Assembly: GCF_025526975.1 (NCBI RefSeq)
Contig: NW_026515668.1
Location: 992,001-1,056,000 of the forward strand
Source: Fimicolochytrium jonesii
Lineage: Eukaryota
Direction of reading: 5' to 3'
DNA length: 64,000 nt
Shown: positions 14,263 to 29,524 of the stretch, in pieces
Numbering within the stretch: the stretch's first letter is position 1
Layout: each line of letters begins with the position of its first letter
Position numbers and translations under genes: made by a program
The notes under the pieces: model-generated
What the model saw: only the letters and a program-made list of their open reading frames with translations
Databases searched by the model: none
Told to the model about the DNA's origin: nothing

Positions 14263-14625
14263 ATGCCACCAACATCTGGAAAGTCCTCGGGACCACCCTT
14301 CTACACCGACGCAGTCTCCGAAGCCGTCTTCCTCTACCTCCGAACCGGTGTCCTCCCAGCAACAGACCTCGACATCCCCATCCCAGGTCCAGACACCGGG
14401 CCAGGCCGCGGCATGACTGGCTGCATCACGTCCGCGCACATCAAGCAGTATGCGAAGGATTGGTATATCGGGATGGATGGCGAGCTGCATAAGAATGGGG
14501 AAGGGCCGGGACCGGTGCCATCGGGACGGGATGCGCCGCATGGGAGTGAGGTTCTGAATAAGGTGAAGAAGATGGTTGGGGTGCAGCCGAAGGAGAAGGA
14601 GGCTTTCTTTGATTGGAATGATTGA
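14263..14625 (+). CDS. Small hypothetical protein or terminal exon
   Basis: 120-aa ORF with protein-like composition; no family recognised. Confidence 0.3.
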   Translation: MPPTSGKSSGPPFYTDAVSEAVFLYLRTGVLPATDLDIPIPGPDTGPGRGMTGCITSAHIKQYAKDWYIGMDGELHKNGEGPGPVPSGRDAPHGSEVLNKVKKMVGVQPKEKEAFFDWND

Positions 14626-14874
14626 GCTGGGCGGAAGGATGAACAGCTTCGTTTGGCTCTCTGGGCCATGAGGACTGAATCCGCGAATGGGTGTTGATAG
14701 TACCCAGCAGTCATGGACCATGTGTCAGGGGCCTAGAGTAACCACTGCATATATCTCCAACATTTTTGGCAAGAATAAGCGAACTCTTTGCAGTCCGCGT
14801 GCTGGGACTGCTGGGGATGCACGCGAACCCATGTGGGCTTCCAACAGCTTACAATTCTGTAGATCTGCGTCACA

Positions 14875-16603
14875 ATGGCCACCCTGGGTTGCCGACGGCG
14901 GATATGCGCCTTCCGGCGGGAATACTTACCACTCAGTAACCGCTCAGCGCTGCGACCATGCTCTCGGCCAGCTCTTCTTATACCGCCCGGGCTTTCACAG
15001 CCAAGACTTTCCAGTTCGCAAGGCCTGCAACGGCCACAGCACATCAGTACAGAAACACAACCAACAACAGGAAGACGGCCGGCACGGCGGAAAATAGCGT
15101 GGATTATAACGGCGGGCAGAGTTGGGAAGGATAAGCAAGCGGCCGCGTTGGCGGCGAGGATGGGTTGTGAGGTCGAGTGGAAGAATGTGATTCCAGCGCC
15201 AGGTGTGTAGATGACATTGCCGTCTTCATATCCCCGCTAAGCTCGTAAAGCTCTGTACTGAGTGCTATTGGCTTTCCACAGCGATAAAATGGCTCTTCCC
15301 CGCCTTCCAAAAGCGCCTCCTGGACTACCGTCAAGAAACCTACGGCCCGCACTCCGACCGCCGCGACCTCCCCTGGTTTCTGTTCTCCCCAACCCACCAC
15401 ACACTCGCCCCGCCCTACCCGTCCGTCGTCCTCTCCACCTGCGCCGAGACGACATTAGCAGCCCTGCACACCAAAGTCAGCAGCCTGGGCAGAACGCGGG
15501 CGGTATGCGTTGGCATGCCGTTTGTGTCGCTGGAGGAGTTTGATGCGGCCGTGGTGGCGAGGTGGGAGTGGCCGGCGTTGGCGTTACAGAAGGATGCGAA
15601 GGTCGGCGGGAGGGTGGTGCCGGTGGAGCTCTGTCTTAATAGTGTGGGAAAGGGTGTGCTCGGCGCTGGGTCGACGGCTGGGGAGGGAATACCGGAATGC
15701 TTTAGGGCGCAGGATGGGATGGTGCTTGCGGTGCTGATAGGGGGAGGGCAGGAGCGAGACTTTGGGTGGCATAATGATGATGTGACGAAACTCATCAAGA
15801 TGCTTCAGGTAAGACCGTGCACGTGGGGATGTGTCCTTCCGTGCAACGTCCCTAACGTTGCGATCTTTTCAAATAGCGAGTGCTGGATGTCCACCAAGCC
15901 AAAGTCTTGTTGACCTTCTCACAACGCACAACGCCCTTTGTAAGTGATAGCATCGCTTTCCCCCACGCTGGGTATGTTTGTTCCTGAGTATCAATCCCAT
16001 TGACTTTCCACACTAGACCCGCGAAATGATAACAGCATGGCACGACCGCCAGCCCGACGCCACAAAATCACGTATACATATCTATAAGGAGGAGCCTAGA
16101 GGAGCCTCAACACATAACATCGAGCCCTTAAATCCGTATGAAGCATTCCTCGACCTCGCAACACATATAGCAGTAACGGCGGACTCCCTCACCATGGTGT
16201 CAGAGGCTTTGTCTGTCCGGTATGTTGTCAATACCCAGAAAATGGAGCGGGGACGTTTCACGCTCACATGCATATTGTCACTCCGCGTACCTCCAGCAAA
16301 CCAACATACATAATATCCCTCGCCACCCTGACATCCCGCCCCAAACAAGCCGTATACGCCAAACTACTCGAACAGCGGCGGATCCGGCGTTTCGTCCCTT
16401 CACGATACCCAGCCATCGACGTGCATGACCGGAAATTCGACATATTAAGTGATGTCGGCGAACACCCACCTTGGTCTTTGGAGGAGACTGCGGATGAGAC
16501 GGACGCTGTTGCGGAGAAGGTCTCTGAGCTGATATGGGGCGCAGAGAAGGTGGCGGAAGAGAGCAAGGAGGATTCTCTTAGAGTAGATAGGGAATTGGCG
16601 TAA
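14875..16603 (+). CDS. Mitochondrial fission ELM1-like protein (Mito_fiss_Elm1 family), multi-exon, start uncertain
   Basis: N-terminal AWIITAGRVGKDKQAAALA and C-terminal NPYEAFLDLATHIAVTADSLTMVSEALS..KPTYII match the ELM1 NPY...VTxDSxSMxSEA..KP motif. Confidence 0.7.
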
Positions 16604-16934
16604 ATTAGAATGACAGTACAGCGTGGACTACGTAGATTCCACAACCATATTGATGCTACGGCAAGCGGTTGACATGAAAAGATTATTGAAGATACTATCT
16701 GTTACAAATACAGGTAATAGCAATGGGGGGAAGGTATGGTGATAACGACTAATATGAGGTGTGTCCATTATCTACATGTGCACTGACGAACGAAATTCTA
16801 TGTACTGGAAGGGACCACGAAGATGTCTGTAAACTAAGCGAGGATTGTGTCATTCGAGCTGGGAAACCGAAAATGGGCTATGAGGAGTATACGCCGTGAA
16901 GAGATTCACAGAGTCGTTTTTTCGAGCATCGGAT

Positions 16935-17887
16935 TCACAGATTAGGTGCGTGAATCTCTTCAGCCGGTGGGACATCGGAGTGACGGGAAATTTCCGACGT
17001 GCGTGGCGAGCGGACCGACGGAGATCGGGTAGAGTACGAATCCCTCCCTTCCGACGCAATGCTCGGATCCGACCCCAACGTATACTTCCTCGAAGTTGCC
17101 TGAGGAGCAATGTAGTCCGGTAACACCGCCATCTTCCCGGTAGCCTTCCTGGAGATGGTCTGCAGAGGCGACTCGGCTGGGGAGATGGTGGTCGGCGTGT
17201 TCCACCCATCCTGCGATCCAGAGAATCGGAACTCGTTCGACGGGACAGGGCTGGTGGCGAAACCTGTCTGCTCCTCCCCAGCGGATATGCGAGTCTTTTC
17301 GTATATGTTTCCACGGAAAGGTGACTCGTCCTCGGCGTCCGCTACGGCCCCTCCCATCGTCCGCTCGGTGAGGATCTGCATAGCGTTGCTGATGGCCACG
17401 TTCCATTCCTGGTAGTCGGTGCTGGAGGAAGCACCAAACCTGTATTCCGAGGGCTTGCCGTCTACGTGCAGGGTAAAGTTGCACGCGGACCGAAGCTGGC
17501 TTTCATCGGATATGGCGTGGATGTTCGCAAAGTGAATGAAGGTGGGGTTGTTGGTGGACGTTTCGGACGAAAGGATAATAAGGAGTGGTGTTCCTTACGA
17601 CAACAGGATTTCAAGGATTAGCACACAAAGATTTTCCCTAAACGGACACGACCTTCCGTTGCCTTACCCTTCACCGCGGCACTAGCCATATTCCCGAGCC
17701 ATTGAATCGACTTCGGTTCCAAACCCTTCTGGGGGTTCTGCTTAAAGACCAAGGTGAACACAAGTTGCAGATCCTCAACGGTGGACGGGGCGCACAGAAC
17801 GACAAACTTCTTCGCTGGAGCGAGGGGCGAGCGCTTGAGGGCGAGAGGTCCCGCTTTAAGGATGCAGGCGAGCTGGGTGTCGGACAT
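16935..17887 (-). CDS. Hypothetical protein, possible N-terminal PH-like fold, 2 exons
   Basis: ILKAGPLALKRSPLAPAKKFVVLC resembles PH beta1-beta2; downstream exon ends in a Ser/Pro-rich tail. Confidence 0.5.
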
Positions 17888-18032
17888 TGCTGTTGAGTTG
17901 GGTGAGAGGTTGGTGTGATTCTGGCGAATGACGGAAGAGCCAAGGAAGGAAGTGTCGTGCGCCGTTTCCGCTCTCGTCTAATTACGTAGGCGCGAAAGGT
18001 TTCGTGTGGGAAGCGCAATTTTTGCCACACTT

Positions 18033-18112
18033 TCGAATTGGTCCAGAAAATCCAGCCGGGGACAACCTGACATTTATTTGGCCAAAATTTCGTACGCCGT
18101 TCTTCTACCTAC
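18033..18112 (+). repeat. 80-bp direct repeat, copy 1 (identical to 29413-29492)
   Basis: tcgaattggtccagaaaatccagccggggacaacctgacatttatttggccaaaatttcgtacgccgttcttctacctac occurs verbatim twice. Confidence 0.95.
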
Positions 18113-18120
18113 GTACTCGC

Positions 18121-19008
18121 TTAAAGCGGTTTGATTGCCCTCAAGTGTAGCATGCTGCACGATGCGATAACGTTGAAAAAATGCACCACCTCCTCCGCAT
18201 CCATAACCCCGACTTGGGTTGTACACGTATCACACCTCACGGGCCAAAATACTGCATCATCGTCTTCCCCATCCTGATCCTGTTCGGCCTCCGTCAACGC
18301 TTTACGCTTCTTCCTATTCGGCGGCTTTTGCACGGGGTATTTGAGTTGCACTGCCGTATCCACAGTGCAGTTCTCAAAGAACATCGCTCGGAACTGTGTT
18401 TCATAGAGTTCATGCTGTTGGCAATCGTGACAGACGGGCGTCATGCAAAGAGGACATGCTAATGTTGTTGAATCTATGATATCCTCCGATGTGTCATTGG
18501 CGCCACGTTCTTCTGCAAATGGCCATCAAGGATTAGTGAATGGGGATCTTATAGATGAAGTACCTTCGGAACTTACGTGCTATCCGCTGGCGCATCCATT
18601 TCTCGTCGTCCGAGTCCGCATTGGGATCGAATAAGAGATCTTCGTCCGTCATCATTTTCACCTTTCTTGTCTGATGTCCTTCAAATCAGCCCGGTGTGGA
18701 GCAAGACAAAGTAAGGGCAGCTTTGAGAAGGTGAGTCGACACAAGACGCAGACACCTAGGACACGGATGCTTGAACTCCACCTACCTTCTCCAGTGGCCT
18801 TTGTTCGATCTCCTCCGGCAACTTCTCGTCCGTCCTCCGAATCGCTGTCAAAATACGCCTCATCATAATATTCGGGCTGCGGTTTTGCGTTATGATCAGG
18901 AGCTTTGCTGGTATTTGCAGACTCCTCGCAAGTACTGCTTCCTTTGAGACTGCCTTTCTCGTTCGCTGGCTTGAAGCCTGCCGCTCTGAATATTTCACTA
19001 GCCTCCAT
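18121..19008 (-). CDS. EAPP: E2F-associated phosphoprotein homolog (Eapp_C domain), multi-exon
   Basis: YYDEAYFDSDSED; DEDLLFDPNADSDDEKWM; CHDCQQHELYETQFRAMFFENC...VRCDTCTTQVGVMDAEEVVHFFNVIAS. Confidence 0.85.
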
Positions 19009-19862
19009 AGCTTGCAGTCCGTTTCACATGCTACGTATGGATTGTGTTGAGTATACTGAGCGGAGCAAGCACGGGGAACACGGGGAAGATCATTCAGACG
19101 GTTGTGGCTTGCCGGCAGCCGCGCCACCTTAGCGCCACATTGCGGTGATGACCATTGATGACCATTGCGGGACGCGCTCAGGTCCACCCTGGCTAAGCCA
19201 CTGACAGTTTTTTGACGACTTTTGGACTTAACGAGGTTTTCGCAGACCCAAAGTTGCTGCACATGTTGAGCAGTATCTTGACAGCCAGACATGCTAGCAG
19301 AAAGATTGATTAGGCAGTTTGGTGAAGAAGGCACTGGTTCAGGGTTTGACACCTCTAACTGGCAAGTTTTACCCAAAAACGGCGAAGGAAAGACAGTTTT
19401 ACTACTCAGACTTTTGGGCCTCTGTGTTAAGTTTGTTGCAACAGCTACCCCCACAGACACTTAGAGGGGATTGGCCAAAGTAGGCAACTGGAGCCGTATG
19501 CAAAGGGAATAGGTCGTCCTGCATGTCTGTGGGATGGTATGGCTGCTCAAAAAAGAGGGTTTTGTGAGGAAACTGCTTTAATTTCCCTAATTGTGCCTTA
19601 AGGTAACGCGTAGAGCGTTTGGGTGGCGCAGCCAGGGTGGACCTGAGGGGACGCGTGATGCGGCGACAGAATCCGATAAGGTGCGGCTCTTCTCTTTCCC
19701 CTTCTTTCTTGGCTTCCCTTTCCCACGCGATTCGCAAGCAATCTCTCGCTCACTTCCTGCATCTCTAATACCTAGACCTACATATATAGAACCGCCAGTC
19801 GGCCTACGCAACGTCTCTTGATTCGAACCTTTCACCTTTCAAGCTCCTAAGCTTCCATCAAT

Positions 19863-20658
19863 ATGTACTCCACCACCTTTTTCGCCTTCCTCGCGACATC
19901 GCTCGGCCTCGTTGGTGCCGCATCTGCTCAGATCGTCCCAAGTTGCGGAACGACCGGCGACCCAACTTGTCTGATTACTACCGCCCAATACACCGTCCTT
20001 GGAACAGTCATCAGCAACAACGCCAACACGACCGGCAGCCCGACCAACTACAACGCCACCATCGACGTTTCCTGCGTATACGCTTCTTTTGGAGTATCTC
20101 AAGGTAATAATAACTTTATTAAAGTGGTTCGATCCGATTTATCGTAGTATCTGCCGTTCAAATAAAAATCACTCTACAGGTGTCGGAGCGGGCTTGGCGG
20201 ACGCAAAAGTTCTCGTTAGCGGCTTCGGCGACCCATACCCTGGCTGCCCCAACAACCTCGGTGCGAGTGCTCCCGTGAACCAGACGGAGATCTTCTTCAT
20301 CTACGTTGCAAACAGGGTCGGACAGAATGCGACACCTTTCTACACCATCTTCAACCCATGCGGGGGTGGTTTGAGCAACAGCACCGGCAACCTGGAAGCC
20401 ATCCGATCGACGCTGGAGAAGAACCCCAAGAACTCTGTTTTGAAAGGATCCCAATGCGCGCTTCCGGCCCCACTGGTCACGTCTACTTCTTCAACCCTTA
20501 CCGCGACAGCCTCCGGATCCACGCCCACACTCTCCTCAAGCCCAAGTCCTAACGCCCTCACTGGATCGGGATCCGGCGCATCGCACGCGTGGTCCTCAGT
20601 TGCGGCTCTGACGATGCTGGTTGCAGTTGCAGGACTTTCCTCTGTTTTCGTTGCGTAA
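19863..20658 (+). CDS. Secreted, probably GPI-anchored, Cys-containing Ser/Thr-rich protein (1 intron near 20104-20178)
   Basis: Signal peptide MYSTTFFAFLATSLGLVGAASA; S/T-rich stalk; small-residue omega region SGSGAS followed by a hydrophobic C-terminus. Confidence 0.75.
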
Positions 20659-22981
20659 GAGTGTGATATCCCATTCCTATTGCCTGGACATTGTAGATAG
20701 GAGGATGTCCGTTTTTGCCCTTCCCTCGTCCCCTTGTACCCTACAGAATGTGCTTTTCATATGCAGTTCCTTGTACTCTATTGTCTCTAATGTGTGTGAA
20801 TGTACGTAATGTGAATAGTACATAATGTGGATCATTAAAGCAATTTGGTCATCATACGGCAAACTACCAATTTCCTCGGGAAGGTTGACACGGCTGCAGG
20901 GATACGAGTTCATCTTGAGATTCGAGTGATCACCCTCCACCCAGACGAGTAATCACCGTAACGTCCCAGGCAGATGGGTTGGTCAGAGCTATCGAATCGC
21001 GACGCCCATCTCGAACTCGGCGTTGAACTCGCGGCTTGACGAAGGCGTCCATGGGGACTCAGCTTTATGTTTGTGCAATCTGCGGGATTGAGGCAAAACG
21101 TCGGAACTCTCGTAAAACATATCCATCTTCAGACTCCTTTGATTTCCTCGGCGTTTCTTGCCCTCGCCCTTAGGGAAGTGCCGAGGCCACCCAGACGTCC
21201 CGGAGTTCCTGAGATATGAGACGCAATGGGTTCGTTCCTCGACTGAATCCAGAAAAGAATTCTCAATTTGTCAATCCTTCTCCCTGTCTGGACCGGGGCG
21301 AGTTGTCCCGTGTTGACTCGTGGGCATTCCAACTTTTCCCGGAATTTGCTGTATCCCCGCACATCTCGTCTCGACCATTTGCACTGTTCCCACGCGACCC
21401 AATGGAGCAGTCGTGCGTCATTTACGAACATGTCCAGGTGGATGTTGCGGATCCAGCGTTGCATTGATGGCATTTCGAATCATGGGTGAACGTTCCTTGG
21501 GCGAAGCTGCTCGCCCATACAATCTTCTCGTTCCGGATGCCGTGGATGTGCTTACTCCATGCTACATCCCCACGTGCAGATGCGTTTGACCTCCGACAGC
21601 GCCTCAGACATCATCGCGGGAGGACCGTATTGAAGGGAAGGTCCCCTGCATTCGCACTACATATCGCATTTCGCTATTGGTGGATGATTCACTGAATTCT
21701 CAGAACGCTGAACGTCCCTATGGAGACTAGAGCAGATGATAGAGCTCGTTCCGCAATTGTTATCGTGTTGGAAACGATATTCCACATGGACCCAAGTCGT
21801 CCAGCGCACATCTCCACCGGGCAGGCTGGCGTTGTGCAGTATGTGTAAGGCCGGGTGCGGTTTCCTCGCTTTCTCACCGACGATTCTGACCTCTGGCTGG
21901 ACGGATGTCTCCAACAGGTTTTTCTCACGTATGCACAGCGACGACTTGTGCCATGAGGCGATACTGAACGACGAGATGAGCATGGTACGAGTCTGCGAAA
22001 TGAATCCCCACCGGGTTCTTGCCGCTTGTTGGTAGCGATCGCACTGAAGTTACCCTTTCCCGACGATTGTTTCATCGAACGTACCCTCGTTGCATCTCGC
22101 ATCTTCCGGGGAGGCTTTTGAAGGTCAGTCCAATGTTCCTGATCTACGATTCCCATCTGTCCCCACGGTGTCCCTTCTTGGCTTCCGCCGAGTGAGAGAT
22201 AGGTTTCCAACCTGGTTTCAACGCAAGCGGTGGATTTGGAGACTCGGAGCTGACCTCACTGAACGACATCTCCCATCCTCCCACATCTGCACACCGCTCT
22301 CAAACTTCCCCCTCTCATACGCAAAAGATTCATAAGAGTTTCCGCCTTTTTTTGATAGTTTTTTTCTCAAAGTTTGAGAAAAGAAGGGTTCCAAAAATTC
22401 CGATCCGCCCAGAGGACGTATCGGGGTTCGGATGTAGTTTTCAACTAGCGAACGATCTGAGCTCAGTCGAGACTTCACAGCTGCAAATTTGCTCCCGCGC
22501 AAGGATAAAGAGAAAGTGAAGGTTGCCGAGGGGGGCTTCCTTTTATAGGCGCCAGCGCGCGAGTGAACGGACTGTGCCACCCGCAATCAGTCACGTGACC
22601 GCAAAACGAAGGTCACGGAAGATTTAGAAGCTTCCCCTCCCGCTTCCCCGCACCAATTTCTGGGTGGCGCAGCCCGACAGCTTTGGATACCAACGCGTTC
22701 CCTTACGGAATGCTTATCGCAGCCGGCTGAAACTCCCACGTCACCTGGAGGGGAAAGTGGGACGGAATAACCTGCGCTAATCAAATCAAATAAGGAAGTC
22801 ATCCGGACGTAACCAGCCGCTAATCCAGCGCACAGTTTGAAATAGGAGATTGATTGCAACCACTCGCGCAATGAATAACGCGATCAGCCCCCTCCTGCTG
22901 CTGCTGACATACCCGCATTTGGGAGTGTGTCACAGCGCCCAGCCCAGCCTGCTCCTCCACACTCCCCGTTTCCCACGCCAA

Positions 22982-22987
22982 TATAAA
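22982..22987 (+). promoter_or_regulatory. Putative TATA box of polyubiquitin gene
   Basis: TATAAA about 130 bp upstream of the ATG at 23117, followed by a pyrimidine-rich leader. Confidence 0.5.
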
Positions 22988-23056
22988 ACCCCTTCCGCTT
23001 CCTGAGACTTCGCTCATACTCTATACTTGCCCAGAACCGTACCTACCCAGTATTGA

Positions 23057-24449
<1,393 letters not shown>

Positions 24450-25894
24450 TGCCCTTGTAGTTCGTCCCCACATTGTACCCCTTTCTGTCCTGTGTATGTT
24501 CACGTCTTGCAGCTTGTGGGTCGTTTTTGATTGAGTGGGGCGGGTAAATCGAAGGCGCTTCAAATATATCGAATTTTCTCTGGCAAACATGCGTTCGTTG
24601 AAATCAATGGCTCCGGCGAACATCCGAGTCAAAGCCGTTCAATTGTTCCTGGTTTTTTATTGGATCGCATCTCATGAATGTTGACTTCTGGCATCTCATA
24701 ACTGGAAACTTCTGGCAAATTTACTATTTTGTAGTTCGCGCATATTGGCCTGCCCGCGCGCCTCTGCACGGAGATGAAGCGAGGTCATATCCCCTCCATA
24801 TGTGCGACTCCGTAATTCACACCTTTCGTTGTTCAGAAGCGAAGACAGAATCTGTAAGATTTCCGCAAACTACATCTGGTTTCGGTAGAGCCGTGCTCAT
24901 ACAACGTTCCTAACTACACGCCTACGCTATATGTGTACCATCCGCCCTTATATGCCCCACATCCAACGCTATCAACGAAAAGATGGCTCCAAAACGGGGT
25001 GGTCCAACTTTTACTCGTTGGATGAGCTCGCAAGTTGATGTCACGTGCCAATTGAATGTGGGGCACTTCTGCTCGTTTTTGTGTAAAGATCGGCGTGATC
25101 GTTACCCACGAGTCACGGGGATTTGCGCCGACCCAGCGGTATAAGCGAGTCTCCATTGTGCTTGCAAGAAAGCCATGCATGAGTCGTGCGCCAAGATCGA
25201 CAAGGGGCTAAAGAGAATCATCAATCATTCAAGCAAAGCCATCTCCAAGCCCGCCGCCGCCCCATGTCCCGTCTCCCACAGCAACTTCCTTTCTCCGACA
25301 GTGGGATACTTTTTCGCCAAATAAGAGGACAGACACCTTACTGCGGGCTTAGACGCCGACGTTCTAGACTCCGTCAGAAAACGATATTCTCGCTAACCGG
25401 CATAAGCGTCATACGTAGGAGTGCCAAGAAATACAATACGTGCGTGGGTTGCCCGCCGCAATGGCGGACTACAAATAGGTCGGGCTGGGAGTTCGTGACC
25501 CTATATGAGGTTGAGAGTGAGACGTAAGGCTCGTTGGGGCATTCGGCTGACGAGAGGACAGGACAGGAAGGACTACACGGCATCGCGTAAGCGCCGGCGC
25601 GCGTAAGTGTTCGCCACTGCTGAGCATTGCCAAACCAACTACGGCCGCCACTCATTTTGAGCTTTGGCGTCCTTGACGTTCAAACCTCACTCGCCACGAT
25701 ATCCGCGTATCACCCCGATAGGCCAAAGAGGAACAACACGTACAAACGGTTCTTGCGATACTTCCAAAACCTCGATTTTCATTTACATTATGGTTTTCCG
25801 CTTCATCCTTGCCCAGGAGCTTGAGAACAAGACAATTCAAAGGGGGAGAAACTATATAATCCGCGGCTAGATCGGCCTTCCTATTTCGCGAATC

Positions 25895-27710
25895 TCATTC
25901 AACTGAGCCCATGCGGCGGCGCTTCACAGGGATACCCGCCTCCCGGTGGATATCGGCCTGCTTCTCAACGATCTCATTCACGTGCGGTGCGACTCGCTTG
26001 TGGCCTTGAGAGAATACGGGCATCCCATCACCTTCAGCAGCCGGCGACACCGATGTGGTCCGCTCCGGCACTTTGCTGAGGATATGCGCGGCATGCTGTT
26101 GAGCGGATGCAGCAGGCCTCAATATGCCGATGCGACCAGCTTCGCCACGACCGTGCTGGAGCTCCATAGCGTCGCAGCGGCTTTGAAGAGCGACGCACTG
26201 CTGTTGTAAAGCGCTCTCGCGAGCGTGCCAGGCTCGTCGCTCGTTCTCGAGCATCGCCATGCGGAGGACGAGCTCGCCATTGGATTGTTCGAGCTTGCGA
26301 ACTTGGCCCTCGAGATGTTGGATGCGTTGAGCTTTGCGTTCTCGGCAGCGACGTGCGGCCTCTGTTTGCAGAAGGAAGGAAGAAGAAGCATAGAGTTAGC
26401 GTGTGAAGGGAACAACAACGACATCAACACAACACACTCCCTCCGTACAACGTACCAGCATTCATCCTCCGCTTATGCGCCAGCTTCTCCTGCTTCGTCC
26501 CCGGCTCAGCGTCATTCATAGGCGTAGGTGACGCTGATCGCTTCGCCTCACCTGTCGACGAGTTCAGTATCATGCCAGACAGCCGAGGCGACGTCCTCGA
26601 GTCGCTCGGCTCATCGGTCACATCAGAGTCATCGTCATACGTGAAATGACTGCTCAGGCTTCGCCGACGGTTCGAGTCGACCGACTGCCGCCTGTCGTAT
26701 ATGTCGGATGGCCGAAGTTGCTGGTGGTCGTCTTCGCTGGTGGTGATGTGTCCTATGGGCGACTTTCCGGATGGGGCGCCGGGCGTTGCGGTCAAGGCAA
26801 TCTCTGGTGGGCCAAGCATCCGCTGCTGGTGACTGTTATCATGACCGTCTCCTGGAATCTTCATCGACTCTACCACATGTTGACGTGCTTGGGACGACGA
26901 CGACGACGACGATAAGTGCGAGTGCGATGCCGGAAAGTACGATTCAGTAGCGTTGACGAGGGATGGAAGAGGCGAATGCGCGCCGACCGTTGGCCGAATC
27001 TCCGGCAGCCGGACTCGATCCCATGTCATCGGCAACGGCTCCGGGCCGTATCGCAGCTCAGACAGTCCCGGCAATGGTTGCGTCGCCGTAGAAGGCAACG
27101 GATCGATCGCATGGAGCGATGCTTGGGTCTGCAGGTGTGCGGGGGATATGGGCTGCGGTTCCTCTGGCCTTGGTACTGGCGATCTGGTGGAGAGCGATGG
27201 TGGGTATGGTGATGATTGATGCAGATGTGATTGATGGTATTGCTGTTGACTATGGTGTGGAGGATGCGTTTCGATCTGAGGAAGACGCTCCGGCTGGTCT
27301 GATCCGCTGTTGCGATTCGGCGGAGCGGGGACGGGTGGCGATGGGGTCCTGACGATGTAGGGGAAGGACCCGCCGGATGCCCGTGACGAGTAGGATGACC
27401 GAGTCGACGCAGACTGGGGCTCGTCTGCTGCCGGAGGTACCGATGCTCCGAGCTTGGCTGTTCTGATGGGGTTGATGGCTGGCGTCGCAAATTGTCTGCC
27501 GGGACTTGTGCCGCGTATCTTTGCTGATGAGCCCGATGCAGCGTGAGTCGACATGTCACCCTCTTTTGCGACGTTGAGCTTGGCGAACTCTGTCGGTATT
27601 GGATACGGCAAGTATGGCGGCGCGCCCGGCTCTGGAGATATCAAGGCAGCCATGGCGGTGGAATCCTTTCGATCGGTCATACGGAACGATGTAGGAGCGG
27701 TTACATGCAT
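25895..27710 (-). CDS. bZIP transcription factor with long low-complexity N-terminus; intron 26362-26455 (start uncertain)
   Basis: Splicing gives KRRMNAEAARRCRERKAQRIQHLEGQVRKLEQSNGELVLRMAMLENE, a basic region (N-x7-R) plus leucine zipper. Confidence 0.88.
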
Positions 27711-29412
27711 GCTTTGGGAAGGGTCTTGCCGACGACCCTTATGTGGGGCGTTGATTGGAAGCGGGCTGCGACGATACGCAGGCAGGCGACGGCGAGCGAT
27801 TTTCTGACAAATGTGGCCGTGTGTATGGGATACCTGCACAGGGGTGTCCGCTCACAGAAAGTAAAGATGGTGCCGTAGACGTAGGCAGTCGAGAAGGACG
27901 GATCCAGAAAAGTCTAAAACGATGGAGACGAGGTCAGGGCAATCAGGTATATAAGGCATGTGTGCTTTTTCTACCCCTTCTGCACAGCGCTTGAGGCCAG
28001 CGAGCGACAAAGAGGGGGACAGAACCGACGCGTTGGCTTGGGAAACCCCTGGTGACGTACCAAGTCCGCCCGAACGATGACGTGGCGTGGGGGTGTGCAG
28101 GCTTGCGGCGAGGAGGCGGAAGCTTCCAATTCTTTGATCACTGGATCACGGTTACTGCTGGAATTGCGAAATAAAGACAAGGTGAAAAGGTCACTACCAC
28201 CCATGCATGCGCAGGGTATCCGTCGGCGAGAGCTGAAGACCTTGCTTACCTTTGCGACGAGGTATTGCAAACGAAAGTAGGCCTGACTCTGACGTGGAAG
28301 TGATGATATGCGCGATATCCTTTTTCGACCAGTTGAGATATCTGCGTTGAGCGACGTTGGAGGAACGGGAGAAATCCATGCTGATTAACCAATACCCGAG
28401 GACTTGGACGTACGTACGGGTGTGATCAATAGTAATGCATGCCTTGGGTTTTGCTTAGTATTTGATGTGATGAAAGCGGGGGCGGGAAATGAAAGGGCAT
28501 TCACGTCGCGACTGCTGGGCAGCGCCGTCGTCATCATGTGCATCTATATTCAAAAACGCTAAAAATGATTCGTTCCTTGAGCCTTCTTCCCTCCTCGAAC
28601 GGAGCCTTCCTTTCCTGCGCCCCGTTTCACGCGGGGCAGTCCGCCTGGCTCATTTGGTCATCACACTCACAAAAACCCACGAGCTAAAAGCCAAAACATG
28701 GAAATAGGAGATATCTTGGCTCTTTTTCTTCTTCCATTGGCGATGCCCTTTCGATATGGCATATCTTCGCGAGCGAAATGAGAGACGGGAAGAACTTGGC
28801 GTCGGATTCTTGCATGTCTGGCGTGTTCGGATTGTGATGGCATGAGTTTTGTATGAGTTGGGAGGCATGACGTTTTCCCCATCCCCTTACATGTAATGAC
28901 ATCATGCTGCAGGGAGTCGAAGCTTCAGGGAAGCACTCTCAAGTTCAGCACTCAGTCGAGTTTAGAAAGCCAAAACCCGCCTGCAGAGTCACATGGGATG
29001 GGGAATGTGCATCCATGTCCGCAAAGCCTCAGACGGTCGATGATTCAGGCGGAGTTGATATGCGAGCGTGCGACTCAAATTGTTGGATATGAAGTAGCAG
29101 AAAACGACCATGGCAACCATTGTGCATCCTCACCACACCTGCCACTCCATCTACCCTCTGCATCTGGCCAAATCATCAGTCTTCGCTGACATTCGTCGTG
29201 AGTGGTATAGTAAAGTCTTTCCTGAACAGAGGACGCCCTGACGCGAGAGAGGTACCGCCCGATTTCGAGTGTGAAAAGGCTTGGCTAAGCACAATTTCGC
29301 GTGGGAGACAGCATGATGACGCATTGACGTCAGACCTTACGTCAATTGTCACGTGCCCGCGCGAGCTCCGATGGGTTTCGACAGCGCGTTCCCCGCGATT
29401 ATAACGTTGCGG

Positions 29413-29492
29413 TCGAATTGGTCCAGAAAATCCAGCCGGGGACAACCTGACATTTATTTGGCCAAAATTTCGTACGCCGTTCTTCTACCTAC
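29413..29492 (+). repeat. 80-bp direct repeat, copy 2 (identical to 18033-18112), 32 bp upstream of the helicase-nuclease ATG
   Basis: Exact match to copy 1. Confidence 0.95.
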
Positions 29493-29524
29493 TGTACGTA
29501 CGGATAAAGCGAAGACGTTACAAG

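Noticed and set aside
18033..18112. 80-bp repeat as a tRNA, snRNA or LTR pair
   Set aside because: No cloverleaf, A/B boxes or TG...CA ends, and the enclosed 11 kb contains ordinary host genes.
20950..22300. Cluster of short overlapping ORFs
   Set aside because: No recognisable motif or consistent exon chain; may be a decayed gene but cannot be supported.
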